Below are positions 6,451 to 17,286 of a DNA stretch of 28,225 nt, in pieces (the stretch's first letter is position 1; each line of letters starts with the position of its first letter). The stretch covers positions 1-28,225 of IMG/VR virus record IMGVR_UViG_3300027659_000164. One strand, given 5' to 3'. Below the pieces are notes generated by a model. The model was not told the origin of the DNA and made no database searches. It worked only from the letters and a program-made list of their open reading frames with translations. The position numbers were made by a program, and so were the translations under genes. The DNA is from a virus. Lineage: Duplodnaviria > Caudoviricetes.

Positions 6451-9400
6451 ATGCAACATTACTTAACATATTACAAATTAATTGAATTAATTAAAGATAA
6501 TCTTCCAATCAAAATGAAGAGTTTTGGTCATGGAGATATCGTTTATTTTGGTGAAAGAAATGAGAACACATTATATCCATTAATGTTTGTAACACCACTT
6601 CAATTTACTTATGATGAAAATACAACACAAGCAAATTTATCCATAATTTTTGGTGATATTGTTAATACAGATTTATCAAATCAGGTTGATGTTGTAAGTG
6701 ATATGAGTCTTGCAGCAAGAGATTTCATGAGTCAGATTTCAAATAAAGGTGGAACATTTTATGATTATTTTGATGTTGTTGTACCTGTTATATCAAACAC
6801 ATTTGTTGAAAGATTCAATGACCATATTGGTGGTGTTGCATTGGATATTAATATAGTATATTTTGAAGATATTAATGCATGCGACCAGTATGTATCTCCA
6901 ACACCAACTCCAACTCTTACCCCAACTCCAACTGCAACCCCATCAGAAACTCCGAGTGTTACTCCTTCAGGAACCCCATCTTTAACACCTACACCATCAT
7001 TAACCCCATCTAAAACCCCAACTCCGACTCCATCAGAAACCCCAAGTATTACACCAAGTCAAACCCCAAGTATTACTCCATCTATGAGTGTCACACCGAG
7101 TGAAACTCCAAGTATTACTCCTTCAGAAACTCCATCTTTAACACCTACACCATCATTAACCCCATCAGAAACTCCGAGTATAACACCGAGTGAAACTCCG
7201 TCTTTAACACCGACACCATCATTAACCCCATCAGAAACTCCAAGTGTAACTCCATCTTTAACACCTACACCATCATTAACTCCTTCAGAAACTCCAAGTG
7301 TAACACCGAGTGAAACTCCATCTTTAACACCTACACCATCATTAACCCCATCAGAAACCCCAAGTATTACTCCTTCAGAAACTCCATCTTTAACACCTAC
7401 ACCATCATTAACTCCTTCAGAAACTCCAACTGCAACCCCGTCAGAAACTCCAAGTGTTACTCCTTTTGAAAGTCCAACTCCGACTCCATCAGAAACTGCA
7501 ACTCCAAGTGTAACTCCATCTTTAACACCGACACCATCATTAACACCATCTGAAACCCCAACTGCAACCCCATCAGAAACTCCGAGTGTAACACCATCTG
7601 AAACTCCGAGTGTAACACCATCTGAAACTCCATCTTTAACACCTACACCATCATTAACCCCATCAGAAACCCCAAGTGTTACTCCATCTGAAACTCCGAG
7701 TGTAACCCCATCATTGACACCATCTATGAGTGTAACACCAAGTGAAACTCCATCTTTAACACCGACACCATCATTAACTCCATCGATAACTCCGAGTTGT
7801 CAAATTATTACACAATATTTGGAAGTTGATTTTGGTGGTTGTCATAATTTTCAATTATCATTATTTAATGACCCATCATTTACAAGTCCAGCAAACGCAT
7901 TTTGCAATTATATTGTATCAGGATGTGCATATGGTGATTTAGGTACGATTTATTGTGGAACTGAAACAATTGCACAAGGAGACCATAATCATAGTTTTAA
8001 TTTAAATCCTGTATTACAACCTGGTGAATGTGTAACAGGTTTTAGTGTGAACAGTGTTGATACGTCGGCATGTGCATGTCCAACTATTGTAAATTTTGCA
8101 CCATATGTTACACCAACTCCAACTCCTACATTATCACCAACTCCAACCCCATCATTAACTCCAAGTATAACACCATCTGAAACTCCGAGTGTAACACCAT
8201 CTGAAACTCCGAGTGTAACACCATCTGAAACCCCAAGTGTTACTCCTTCAGAAACCCCAAGTGTTACTCCTTCAGAAACTCCAAGTGTAACACCATCTGA
8301 AACCCCAAGTGTTACTCCTTCAGAAACTCCAAGTGTAACACCATCTGAAACCCCAAGTGTTACTCCTTCAGCAACTCCAAGTGTAACACCATCATTAACA
8401 CCTACTCCATCATCAACATCTTCAACTCCTTCCTATCTTAAATTATTATTTGGTGGTCAATTTACACAATTTAATGGTCAAGTAAGACAAAGAGCCTTAC
8501 AATTAGATGAAAGTGGAACAGAGGATACAACATTTTATACAAATTTAGGAACAGGATTTAATGGTCAGATTAATTGGGCAGATAGACAATCTGATAATAA
8601 AATAATTCTTGCTGGTTCATTCGGAACATTAAATGGTATTACAAGAAATAAATTAGTTCGTTTAAATAGCGATGGAACTGAAGATACGGCATTCTACACA
8701 AATCTTGGAACGGCATTTAATACTACTACTCAATGTGTAAAAATACAATCTGATGGAAAAATATTAGTTGGAGGTGTTTTTTCAACATTTAATGGTAATA
8801 CAAGAAATAGATTAGTTCGTTTAAATAGTGATGGAACTGAAGATACTGCATTCTATACAAATTTAGGTACATCATTTGCTGATACTGTTCGAGTACAAAA
8901 TGAACAATCTGATGGAAAAATATTGGTAGGTGGTGTATATACTTCATTTAATGGAAATACAAGAAATAGATTAATTCGTTTAAATAGTGATGGAACTGAA
9001 GATACCGCGTTTTATGCAAATTTAGGAACAGCATTTGATGGTCCGATTAATGATATCATTATTCAATCTGATGGTAAATTATTGATAGCAGGTAATTGGA
9101 CTACATTTAATGGAAATACTACAAATGATTTAGTTAGATTAAATTCAGATGGAACAGAAGACACATCATTTACAACAAATATAGGAACAGGATTTACAGG
9201 TCAAGTATATAGTTGTAAAATCCAATCAGATGGTAAAATAGTTGTAGGTGGTACTATAACACAATTTAATGGTAATACTAGAAATGGATTAATTAGATTA
9301 AATTCAGACGGAACAGAAGATACTTCATTTTACACAAATCTTGGAACGGGTTATAATAATACTGTTCATGATATTGAAATTCAATCTGATGGGAAAATAG

Positions 9401-10803
9401 TTGTTGGTGGTGCATTTACACAATTAAATAGTGTATCTAGATTATATGGAATGAGATTAAATTCAGATGGAACTGTAGATACCTCATTTTATTCAAACTT
9501 AGGAGCATCATTTAATTTAACAGTATTAGCAATATTATTAAATTTTGGTACCGTTCCACCGGTTACTCCAACACCAACACCAAGCATAACACCATCATTA
9601 ACCCCAACTCCAACTCCAACACCAAGTCAAGGAGGCGCACCAAGTGTTACACCATCTCCTACACCATCAACATTGCCTCTTCAAAAAATATTAGTCGGTG
9701 GTAATTTTGCTACTTTTAATGGATTGTCAAGAGCCAGAATGATTCAATTAAATAATGATGGAACAGAAAATACATCATTTTATACTAATCTTGGAACAGG
9801 ATTTGTTGGTAATATAGCTTGTACAACAATACAATCTGATGGAAAAATATTAGTTGGAGGTACTATAACATCATTAAATGGAAATACAAGAAATAGATTA
9901 GTTCGTTTAAATAGTAATGGAACCGAAGATACGGCATTCTATACAAATCTTGGAACCGCTTTTACTGGTGCTAGTGTTAGTGTCGAAGCAATATTTGTAC
10001 AATCTGACGGAAAAATATTAGTGGGTGGTTTATTTACTAATTTTAATGGAAATACAAGAAATAGAATAATTAGATTAAATTCAGACGGAACTGAAGATAC
10101 CGCGTTTTATGCAAATTTAGGAACAGGATTTGGTGATGTTGTGAGAGGATTTCAAGAACAATCCGATACAAAAATTTTAGTTGCTGGTCAATATACAACA
10201 TTAAATGGTATTACAAGAAATAGATTTGTTCGATTGAACAATGATGGAACCGAAGATACGGCATTCTATACAAACTTAGGTACATCATTTAGTGCTATTA
10301 CTAGTGATGTTAAATTACAATCTGACGGAAAAATAGTAATAGTTGGTAATTTTACAGGATTTAATGGTAATGTTAGAAATAGAATAATTAGATTAAATAG
10401 TGATGGAACTGAAGATACTGCATTCTACACAAATCTTGGGTCAGCATTTACTACAAGTGCAACCGATATCTTAATTCAATCTGATGGAAAAATACTAATT
10501 GGTGGTGCATTTACATTATTTAATGGTAATGTTAGAAATAGATTAATTCGTTTAAACAGTAATGGAACCGAAGATACTACATTCTATACAAATTTAGGAA
10601 CAGCATTTGGTACTAGTGCTACTAATTTTATTAATGCCCAAAACGATGGAAAAATATTAGTGGGCGGTTTATATACAACATTTAATGGATTAACAAGAAA
10701 TAGATTAGTTAGATTAAATTCAGACGGAACCGAAGATACCGCATTCTATACAAATCTTGGAACAGCATTTAATTCTTCAGTTACTTCAGTTCAATTAAGT
10801 TAA
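6451..10803 (+). CDS. Paralogous large virion protein: same N-domain + long PSETPSVT linker + Cys-rich domain + two 7-repeat delta-60 propellers
   Basis: [30 protein letters not shown] aligns with the 4722 ORF; 14 delta-60 repeats in two blocks of seven, separated by a PT linker. Confidence 0.8.
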   Translation: MQHYLTYYKLIELIKDNLPIKMKSFGHGDIVYFGERNENTLYPLMFVTPLQFTYDENTTQANLSIIFGDIVNTDLSNQVDVVSDMSLAARDFMSQISNKGGTFYDYFDVVVPVISNTFVERFNDHIGGVALDINIVYFEDINACDQYVSPTPTPTLTPTPTATPSETPSVTPSGTPSLTPTPSLTPSKTPTPTPSETPSITPSQTPSITPSMSVTPSETPSITPSETPSLTPTPSLTPSETPSITPSETPSLTPTPSLTPSETPSVTPSLTPTPSLTPSETPSVTPSETPSLTPTPSLTPSETPSITPSETPSLTPTPSLTPSETPTATPSETPSVTPFESPTPTPSETATPSVTPSLTPTPSLTPSETPTATPSETPSVTPSETPSVTPSETPSLTPTPSLTPSETPSVTPSETPSVTPSLTPSMSVTPSETPSLTPTPSLTPSITPSCQIITQYLEVDFGGCHNFQLSLFNDPSFTSPANAFCNYIVSGCAYGDLGTIYCGTETIAQGDHNHSFNLNPVLQPGECVTGFSVNSVDTSACACPTIVNFAPYVTPTPTPTLSPTPTPSLTPSITPSETPSVTPSETPSVTPSETPSVTPSETPSVTPSETPSVTPSETPSVTPSETPSVTPSETPSVTPSATPSVTPSLTPTPSSTSSTPSYLKLLFGGQFTQFNGQVRQRALQLDESGTEDTTFYTNLGTGFNGQINWADRQSDNKIILAGSFGTLNGITRNKLVRLNSDGTEDTAFYTNLGTAFNTTTQCVKIQSDGKILVGGVFSTFNGNTRNRLVRLNSDGTEDTAFYTNLGTSFADTVRVQNEQSDGKILVGGVYTSFNGNTRNRLIRLNSDGTEDTAFYANLGTAFDGPINDIIIQSDGKLLIAGNWTTFNGNTTNDLVRLNSDGTEDTSFTTNIGTGFTGQVYSCKIQSDGKIVVGGTITQFNGNTRNGLIRLNSDGTEDTSFYTNLGTGYNNTVHDIEIQSDGKIVVGGAFTQLNSVSRLYGMRLNSDGTVDTSFYSNLGASFNLTVLAILLNFGTVPPVTPTPTPSITPSLTPTPTPTPSQGGAPSVTPSPTPSTLPLQKILVGGNFATFNGLSRARMIQLNNDGTENTSFYTNLGTGFVGNIACTTIQSDGKILVGGTITSLNGNTRNRLVRLNSNGTEDTAFYTNLGTAFTGASVSVEAIFVQSDGKILVGGLFTNFNGNTRNRIIRLNSDGTEDTAFYANLGTGFGDVVRGFQEQSDTKILVAGQYTTLNGITRNRFVRLNNDGTEDTAFYTNLGTSFSAITSDVKLQSDGKIVIVGNFTGFNGNVRNRIIRLNSDGTEDTAFYTNLGSAFTTSATDILIQSDGKILIGGAFTLFNGNVRNRLIRLNSNGTEDTTFYTNLGTAFGTSATNFINAQNDGKILVGGLYTTFNGLTRNRLVRLNSDGTEDTAFYTNLGTAFNSSVTSVQLS
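6895..7797 (+). repeat. Low-complexity tandem repeats encoding ~300 aa of PSETPS(V/I/L)T / PTPSLT
   Basis: Degenerate 12/18/24-bp units such as ccatctgaaactccgagtgtaaca and acacctacaccatcatta. Confidence 0.9.
8110..8430 (+). repeat. 24-bp tandem array (PSETPSVT x~8) with flanking PT repeats
   Basis: Direct tandem units at about 8173-8390. Confidence 0.9.
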
Positions 10804-10804
10804 T

Positions 10805-11341
10805 ATGGAAGAACAGATATTAAATCAAATTGCTGATTTGTTAAAAACAAATATTCAGTCCAATTTAAAAAAGAATTATCCATCACGAACTTATTCGGGT
10901 CAAGCAAAACCTGTAAGTGGTCGATATCCAACACCCATTGCAAATAAGATTGCAAGTGGTAATTTATATAATTCAGTTAATGTTGAATGGGTATCTGATT
11001 TTGATGATGGTCTTCCAAAATTGGTTGTTGATTTTGGTTCTGCTGATTATTGGGAATATGTTGAAAATGGAAGAAGACCTGGTCGTTATCCACCATTAGG
11101 TCCGATAGATAGATGGACCGTAAGAAGAGTTAAACCAGCTAGAGATGAGAAAGGTAGATTTATTCCAAGAAAATCGTTGGTTTATTTAATCAGACGTTCA
11201 ATTGGAAAATATGGTATATTCGGAATTAAATTTTTGGAGAATGCAATCAATACAACAATTGATGAAATTGAAGAAAAGATTGGTGAAGCAGCAAAGATAT
11301 ATTTCGAGAATTACATAAAGGAGAATTTGGATTTTAATTAA
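10805..11341 (+). CDS. Putative neck/tail completion protein (HK97 gp10-like)
   Basis: [36 protein letters not shown] motifs. Confidence 0.65.
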   Translation: MEEQILNQIADLLKTNIQSNLKKNYPSRTYSGQAKPVSGRYPTPIANKIASGNLYNSVNVEWVSDFDDGLPKLVVDFGSADYWEYVENGRRPGRYPPLGPIDRWTVRRVKPARDEKGRFIPRKSLVYLIRRSIGKYGIFGIKFLENAINTTIDEIEEKIGEAAKIYFENYIKENLDFN

Positions 11342-11361
11342 AATATTTATATTTACAATAT

Positions 11362-13275
11362 ATGGCGATATCAATTGTACGCAGTCCTGAACCATTTAGT
11401 CCCGTTTTGAGTGATGGATTGTATTTCATCGTTAGTGGTGATACAACAAATAAATTTGATTACAAATATACATTTACTGTTTCAGTTAATGGTGTTCAAA
11501 TTTATGCAGGAAAAACGACACCAAATCCATATGGTCTAGGGACAATTGATGTATCAGAAATATTAAAGAATTATTTAAACAATCAACCAGTCAGTAGTTG
11601 GTCAGGGACATCAATTTATGTTCACCAAACATTTCCATTTTCCAATCCAAATATTGAAACGGGAACTGGTAACACATTTGTAAAATATTATGTGGTTCGA
11701 TGTGGTGAAGAATATTCATCAACCCAATTTGGAACTGTAACAGGATTTACAGGTATTGGAAGTAATGTCGGTAGTCCCGCACAACAAAATGGTACATATA
11801 AGGTCTATAACGGAACGATGGGTTCAAACCAAGATTCTGATTTAGAAAATTTTGATTATCAAACTATTGTTATGGATGGTTTACCTGACTTAGGTAGATT
11901 CATGACCAATGCACCAAGAACCACATATATACGTGAAAGAGATTGGTTTACATTAGGATTTACAAACTGGTGGATTAGTAATGTAAGAGTGTCAGAACCT
12001 TATTATGTTGAATATAAATTTTATGATGTCAATAATAATTTATTATCAACTGTAACATACGATAATATATTACAAAATGGTGGTGGACCAAGAAATGATT
12101 GTAACGCCAATTATCTTGGATTTGTATTTACCAAATTTGTAACAGATTACAATATATTATATGTTGGTGCTGGTCCAAAGAATTTGGATGCGATAATGCC
12201 AGCAAATACGAAAAGATATACGGTACAATTATTTGGTGGATATCAAGGTTCGGTTGAAGATGTTTCTCCAACACCAACCGCAACTCCATTCCCATCCACA
12301 ACTCCTGATTGCGTTTGTAATGAATATACGTTGACAAATAATGATGCGATAAATGAACAAGTATATTCTTATATTGATTGTACAATAAAGACAAGAATCA
12401 CAGGTTCGATTCGAGCATTACAAAGTCAGACAATTTGTGCATGTATTGATTCTATTTTATATCCACCAATTATTGACGTGACTGACAATGGTGCATGTGT
12501 ATTAGTAACACCAACTCCAAGTTCAACACCCTCATTAACACCAACGCCAAGTGTAACGAGAAGTCAAACACCAACACCATCGGTTACCCCATCATTAACG
12601 TCATCAACAAGTCCAACACCCACACCATCTGCAAGTATTAATTTATCTCTGACACCAACGCCAAGTCAAACTTTAACACCGTCTGTGACTCCAAGTTTAA
12701 CAAGAACACCATCAGTTACCCCAAGTTTAACCCCAACTTTAACACCATCTACAACTCCATGTACTTGTGAAACATATCAAATAACAAATGGTAGTTTATT
12801 AGATGTTGGAACATATGAATATTTTGATTGCACAACAAAAGTATTAACCAGAAAAAGTATAAGTAAGAATACAGTTATTCAAGTTTGTAGTTGTACATTC
12901 CCAACCACTGAAGATGGATTTATTGAGATAATTTATGTGTGTAATTCTTGTCCATGTCCAACTCCATCAACAAGTGCAACACCAACTGTAACGAGAACTC
13001 AAACACCAACTCCAACTCCAACGAGAACTTTAACACCAACACCAACACCGACTCCATCATCCACACCTTGTGCATGTAGTGAATATTCCGTACAAAATAA
13101 CGAAGCAACTTCAACAACGGTCGGATATACAAGTTGTACAACAGGTCAATCAACTTCAGTAGTTATTGGTGCAGGTGCTACATCAACATTCTGTTCATGT
13201 AGTTTACCTGAATCAATTCCACCTGGTAAAAATATCGTAATAACATTAAATGGTGCTTGTCCACCTCCAGGTTAA
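11362..13275 (+). CDS. Tail structural protein with three C-terminal Cys-rich repeats on PT linkers
   Basis: Beta-rich N-terminal ~300 aa, then CxCxxYxxxN...YxxC...CxC repeats separated by TPTP linkers; tail-module position. Confidence 0.65.
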   Translation: MAISIVRSPEPFSPVLSDGLYFIVSGDTTNKFDYKYTFTVSVNGVQIYAGKTTPNPYGLGTIDVSEILKNYLNNQPVSSWSGTSIYVHQTFPFSNPNIETGTGNTFVKYYVVRCGEEYSSTQFGTVTGFTGIGSNVGSPAQQNGTYKVYNGTMGSNQDSDLENFDYQTIVMDGLPDLGRFMTNAPRTTYIRERDWFTLGFTNWWISNVRVSEPYYVEYKFYDVNNNLLSTVTYDNILQNGGGPRNDCNANYLGFVFTKFVTDYNILYVGAGPKNLDAIMPANTKRYTVQLFGGYQGSVEDVSPTPTATPFPSTTPDCVCNEYTLTNNDAINEQVYSYIDCTIKTRITGSIRALQSQTICACIDSILYPPIIDVTDNGACVLVTPTPSSTPSLTPTPSVTRSQTPTPSVTPSLTSSTSPTPTPSASINLSLTPTPSQTLTPSVTPSLTRTPSVTPSLTPTLTPSTTPCTCETYQITNGSLLDVGTYEYFDCTTKVLTRKSISKNTVIQVCSCTFPTTEDGFIEIIYVCNSCPCPTPSTSATPTVTRTQTPTPTPTRTLTPTPTPTPSSTPCACSEYSVQNNEATSTTVGYTSCTTGQSTSVVIGAGATSTFCSCSLPESIPPGKNIVITLNGACPPPG

Positions 13276-13285
13276 AAATTAATAT

Positions 13286-13828
13286 ATGAGTGTTCCAGTA
13301 AATCCAGTACCAACCAGTTATATAAGTGGTAATTGTCAAACATATACCGCAGTCTCAGAATTATTTACATTTGAGATTGAACCCGATTGCACGCGTGGTT
13401 ATAACCAAAAACAATTCATGTTCAAAAACAGATTTGGATTATATGATTATATGTGGTTCAAAGGAAGTATTGAAGAAGGATTGGGAATATCACGACAAAG
13501 TTATAAAACATGGTCAGTTTCTTGGACAGATAAATTGGCCAATTTAAATAAACAAAGATACGATAGAGGTCTTACTGACGCAGATGTTTCTATTATTGAA
13601 ACTCACATCGTAAATACAGGATTCATATCATTGGAAGAATTTCAGTGGTTAGAAGAATTGATGACAAGTTCAGAAGTGTATATTATCAATGATGATAATC
13701 AATTAAGACCAGTAAATATAACTAACGCAGAGTACGTAAGAAAAATAGAAAATTTCCAACCTATTTATAATTTGGAGATAACTTATGTTTATGCGAATAA
13801 TATAGCATTAGTAGGTAACAACAGATGA
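13286..13828 (+). CDS. Tail structural protein (probable C-terminal partner of the preceding gene)
   Basis: FKNRFGLYDYMWF...VNTGFI...LEELMTSSEVY motif typical of Bacteroidota-phage tail proteins. Confidence 0.65.
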   Translation: MSVPVNPVPTSYISGNCQTYTAVSELFTFEIEPDCTRGYNQKQFMFKNRFGLYDYMWFKGSIEEGLGISRQSYKTWSVSWTDKLANLNKQRYDRGLTDADVSIIETHIVNTGFISLEEFQWLEELMTSSEVYIINDDNQLRPVNITNAEYVRKIENFQPIYNLEITYVYANNIALVGNNR

Positions 13829-14601
13829 AAAGAAAGATAAAATATCCCATTGAGGAACTCTTAAAACCACTCGGTGAAAAGAAGTGGCAAGGTAATGTTT
13901 ATGGTGCCAGATTTGATGGTCAAATAATAATGAATGTTGAAAAAGAAGATATTCCTTCTCCAAGTCCGAGTCCAACACCAAGTGTAACTCCGAGTGTTAC
14001 TCCATCGATATCTGTTAGTCCTTCAGTAACACCTAGTGTTACCCCATCAGTAACTCCAACACCTAGTACATCTGCATTAGCAATTTTATCATTTCAACAA
14101 ACTGATAATACTTTTACAAATGGTGATAGCAATGCTTGTTCACCATATGGTCCCGTATATACTTATAATCAAAGGACAGCTACTATTGGTGGAGCAGCAG
14201 GTACATCAGACATTACTTGTCAAATTGATAATTCATCAGTTCAATGGGGTTTACAATCTAAATTAACAATAAACAGTGGTACTAATTGGAATAGTGGTAC
14301 TTGGACAGTTAGATTAAGGACAAGTTCAACCATGCCAACTGGTATTAGATTGTATGAAATATATGTTTGTAGAGTTAATAGTTCTAATGTAAATCAATCA
14401 ACAATATGTGCAGATACGTTTGATGAAGTCCTTTCAACAGATACAACATATACCTACAATTTAACAGGCACATCTCAAACTCCTTCTTCGGGAGATTATG
14501 TTAATATTGTATATGTTTTTAGAAACACTAATAGTTCTGGCGCAGCAACACGAACTTTTACAATTAAATCAAATCAAATTATTGATTCTCCATTTACTTA
14601 A
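13825..14601 (+). CDS. Hypothetical virion protein: short charged N-terminus, PSVT linker, Thr/Ser-rich beta domain
   Basis: ATGA overlap with the upstream gene; composition and position. Confidence 0.65.
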   Translation: MKRKIKYPIEELLKPLGEKKWQGNVYGARFDGQIIMNVEKEDIPSPSPSPTPSVTPSVTPSISVSPSVTPSVTPSVTPTPSTSALAILSFQQTDNTFTNGDSNACSPYGPVYTYNQRTATIGGAAGTSDITCQIDNSSVQWGLQSKLTINSGTNWNSGTWTVRLRTSSTMPTGIRLYEIYVCRVNSSNVNQSTICADTFDEVLSTDTTYTYNLTGTSQTPSSGDYVNIVYVFRNTNSSGAATRTFTIKSNQIIDSPFT

Positions 14602-14622
14602 TATTTAACTAATTAACAATGA

Positions 14623-17256
14623 ATGGAAACACAATTACTTGTTCAGATAGCAGAAAACCGATGGGACAGTCTCGACCTGTTCGATGAGATTCCTATTTCT
14701 GTAACTATCCAAGAGACCGATGTTCTTCAAGTTGATGCAAGAAAATCGAGTTTCTCAAAAACATTTACAATACCTGGCACAAATACCAATAACAAATTCT
14801 TCAAGAATTTTTATTCATTAATATCCACGGATTTTGATGCATTACAAAAAATACCTTGTATTATTACAAGTAAAACAACCATTTTATTTCAGGGATATTT
14901 AAGACTTAATTCTGTAACAATTAACAATACCAGTTACGAATATGAAGTTTTTGTTGTATCCAATCTAACAGATTTTTTTAGTCAAATCAAAGATTACCAA
15001 TTACAAGAATTGGATTTTGGTGATTTGATACATGACAGAACTTATTCCAATGTAACAACAAGTTGGGAAGCAAATGGAGACGGTGTAAGTGGTTTATTTG
15101 GTGGTAAGATAATTTACCCCATGATTAACTATGGATTAAGATATGACAATCCTGGTGGTACTGGTACGACCATTCCACAATGGGAATTCACCTATAATTC
15201 AGGACGAACGATAACCAATCCAATCTATGCAATCCCAACAGATTATTTCAAACCAGCAATTCAAATTAAAACTGTTATTGACAGAATTGCTGAAAATACA
15301 ACATTTACAATCAATTCAGAATTTTTTGATACCGATTATTTTAAATCCATATATATGGATTTATTTTCTAATGGATTTAATTCAGAAGAACTAAGTCAAT
15401 CAGGTAATACCAATCAAAATCTTTTTAGAATATACTCCCCAAGTGAACAAACATTTTTTCATAATTCAAATGTTTTTGCTCCACCATTTACCACATCAAG
15501 ACAACAAGAAATTCAATTTAATTCTTTTGGAACAGATGGGTATGATAATTTGAATAATTATATCTTTTTTTCATCTTCATCAACACCACCAATCAACAAC
15601 TATTTTAGAGCACCAAGAACGGGACAATATTATTTTAATTTGATGTTCAATTTTGCAGCATCATTTAATTTCCCTGGTCGAATTGCTTATTTCCAAATCA
15701 TTGCAAGAAAATCATCATCAACATCAGGATTGGTGAATGGGACGATTGTCTATTCCACAAATTCATTGTTTGTTAATGGTATTCCAACTGATTTTGTTCC
15801 ACAGAATTTATTTTTCAATGTTAATTTAAATGCGGGTGAATATATAAAACTATTTTTAGTTCTTAATGCTGGTAATGGACCCGAAGCAAACGTCGTATTG
15901 TATCCATATAATTTTGGTGGAATAACAAAACAAGCACCGATGTTTGAATTGTATAATTCACCGGGAATTGACCCAGCAACAGTGATTAACATAAATCAAG
16001 GTATTGTTAATACGAGTTGTGTTGATTTCATTAAATCGTTGGTGACCATGTTTAATTTGGTTATTGTTACCGATGATGAATCAAGAACAATTAGAATGGT
16101 TCCATACAATTGGTATTTTGATGAAACAAGTAGAATCAAAAAAGATTGGAACAAAAAACTTGATTTAGATTCAACCTATAAAATTTCTCCGAATAATTTT
16201 GAACTAGCCAAAATTCAAGAATGGTCATATCTAAGTGGTGAAGATGAGTATTTAAACAAAATGTTTGAAGACCAAAACACTTATGTATTTGGTAGAAAAC
16301 GATTTGTGTCATCATCCAACATTTTAACGGATGAACAAAAATATGAATTGATATTCTCACCATTACCAACTGATGGATTACCTGGTGCTCCAAACTTTAT
16401 TATTCCAAACACAAGTAGATTTAACTCAGATACAGGAACTTATGAACAATACAACGCTAATCCACATATATTCTTTTGGGTTGGAAATCGCTACGCGTAT
16501 AGTGGTGATACCAAGTCATTTGTTCAACCATATTATATTTTTAATGACAGTTTTGTGGCACAACCATGGACAACCTATCCATGCGTTTCTCACTTAAGCA
16601 ATTTGGATATTCTTGACCCAAATTTTGTTTCAGATTTATCATTCAATTCTGATTTTGATTTCTTCTCAAGGAATACAACATTATCAGTATTCTCAACACA
16701 AAACACCTTATTTAATTTCTTTTGGTCGGATTTGATTAATGGAATATATTCCAAAGAATTTAGAAAGGTTCAAGCAAAGATATGGTTGACACCACAAGAA
16801 ATCGCGGATGTCAGTTTAACTGATAAAATATATATAAAGAATGCTAGTTATCGAATTGAAAAGATAACCGATGCAGATTTAACTGTTGAAAAATTAACTG
16901 ATGTTATTTTGGTTAGAGATATTGTAGAATATTATAAACAGACATCAACAGATTTACCAGCACCAGTATATAGTTTAGAACCAAACGCACTTGCACCACA
17001 ATTAACAGGATATTCTCAAGATTATTTCTATGTGAGTGTTAATTATGATGAGGTATGTGATAGTACAGCATCATATGTCCAATTACGTTGGTTTGGAACA
17101 TTTAATTTTACAGGAACCATTGTATATGATACGAACTTCAATGTGTTACCATTTGGAACATTCTTAAGAAGAGTATCAACAACACCATTATGTGTAGTTG
17201 CAGATTATGGTGGAATGATTGAAGAAGTTCTACCAAGTCCATGTACTATTCCATAA
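14623..17256 (+). CDS. Tail tip / baseplate hub-like protein
   Basis: LDLFDEIPISVT...SSFSKTFTIPGTNTNNKFF, YPMINYG, FKPAIQIK, DFIKSLVTMFNL, YRIEKI; adjacent to the tape measure gene. Confidence 0.7.
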   Translation: METQLLVQIAENRWDSLDLFDEIPISVTIQETDVLQVDARKSSFSKTFTIPGTNTNNKFFKNFYSLISTDFDALQKIPCIITSKTTILFQGYLRLNSVTINNTSYEYEVFVVSNLTDFFSQIKDYQLQELDFGDLIHDRTYSNVTTSWEANGDGVSGLFGGKIIYPMINYGLRYDNPGGTGTTIPQWEFTYNSGRTITNPIYAIPTDYFKPAIQIKTVIDRIAENTTFTINSEFFDTDYFKSIYMDLFSNGFNSEELSQSGNTNQNLFRIYSPSEQTFFHNSNVFAPPFTTSRQQEIQFNSFGTDGYDNLNNYIFFSSSSTPPINNYFRAPRTGQYYFNLMFNFAASFNFPGRIAYFQIIARKSSSTSGLVNGTIVYSTNSLFVNGIPTDFVPQNLFFNVNLNAGEYIKLFLVLNAGNGPEANVVLYPYNFGGITKQAPMFELYNSPGIDPATVININQGIVNTSCVDFIKSLVTMFNLVIVTDDESRTIRMVPYNWYFDETSRIKKDWNKKLDLDSTYKISPNNFELAKIQEWSYLSGEDEYLNKMFEDQNTYVFGRKRFVSSSNILTDEQKYELIFSPLPTDGLPGAPNFIIPNTSRFNSDTGTYEQYNANPHIFFWVGNRYAYSGDTKSFVQPYYIFNDSFVAQPWTTYPCVSHLSNLDILDPNFVSDLSFNSDFDFFSRNTTLSVFSTQNTLFNFFWSDLINGIYSKEFRKVQAKIWLTPQEIADVSLTDKIYIKNASYRIEKITDADLTVEKLTDVILVRDIVEYYKQTSTDLPAPVYSLEPNALAPQLTGYSQDYFYVSVNYDEVCDSTASYVQLRWFGTFNFTGTIVYDTNFNVLPFGTFLRRVSTTPLCVVADYGGMIEEVLPSPCTIP

Positions 17257-17286
17257 AATGGTTATAAAAAATAATATTTATCTAAT

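Noticed and set aside
5394-10745. D-T-A in each blade matches the Bacteroidota O-glycosylation sequon D(S/T)(A/I/L/V/M/T)
   Set aside because: That pathway acts on exported proteins; these have no signal peptide, and DT is part of the repeat consensus.
5325-10800. CRISPR array or diversity-generating retroelement
   Set aside because: The repeats are in-frame protein repeats with third-position variation; no cas or reverse transcriptase gene and no adenine-specific TR/VR pair seen.
13275-13286. Stop-codon readthrough or alternative genetic code joining adjacent ORFs
   Set aside because: The ORFs are in different frames with a clean ATG; long genes are intact under the standard code, and TAA, TGA and TAG all serve as stops.
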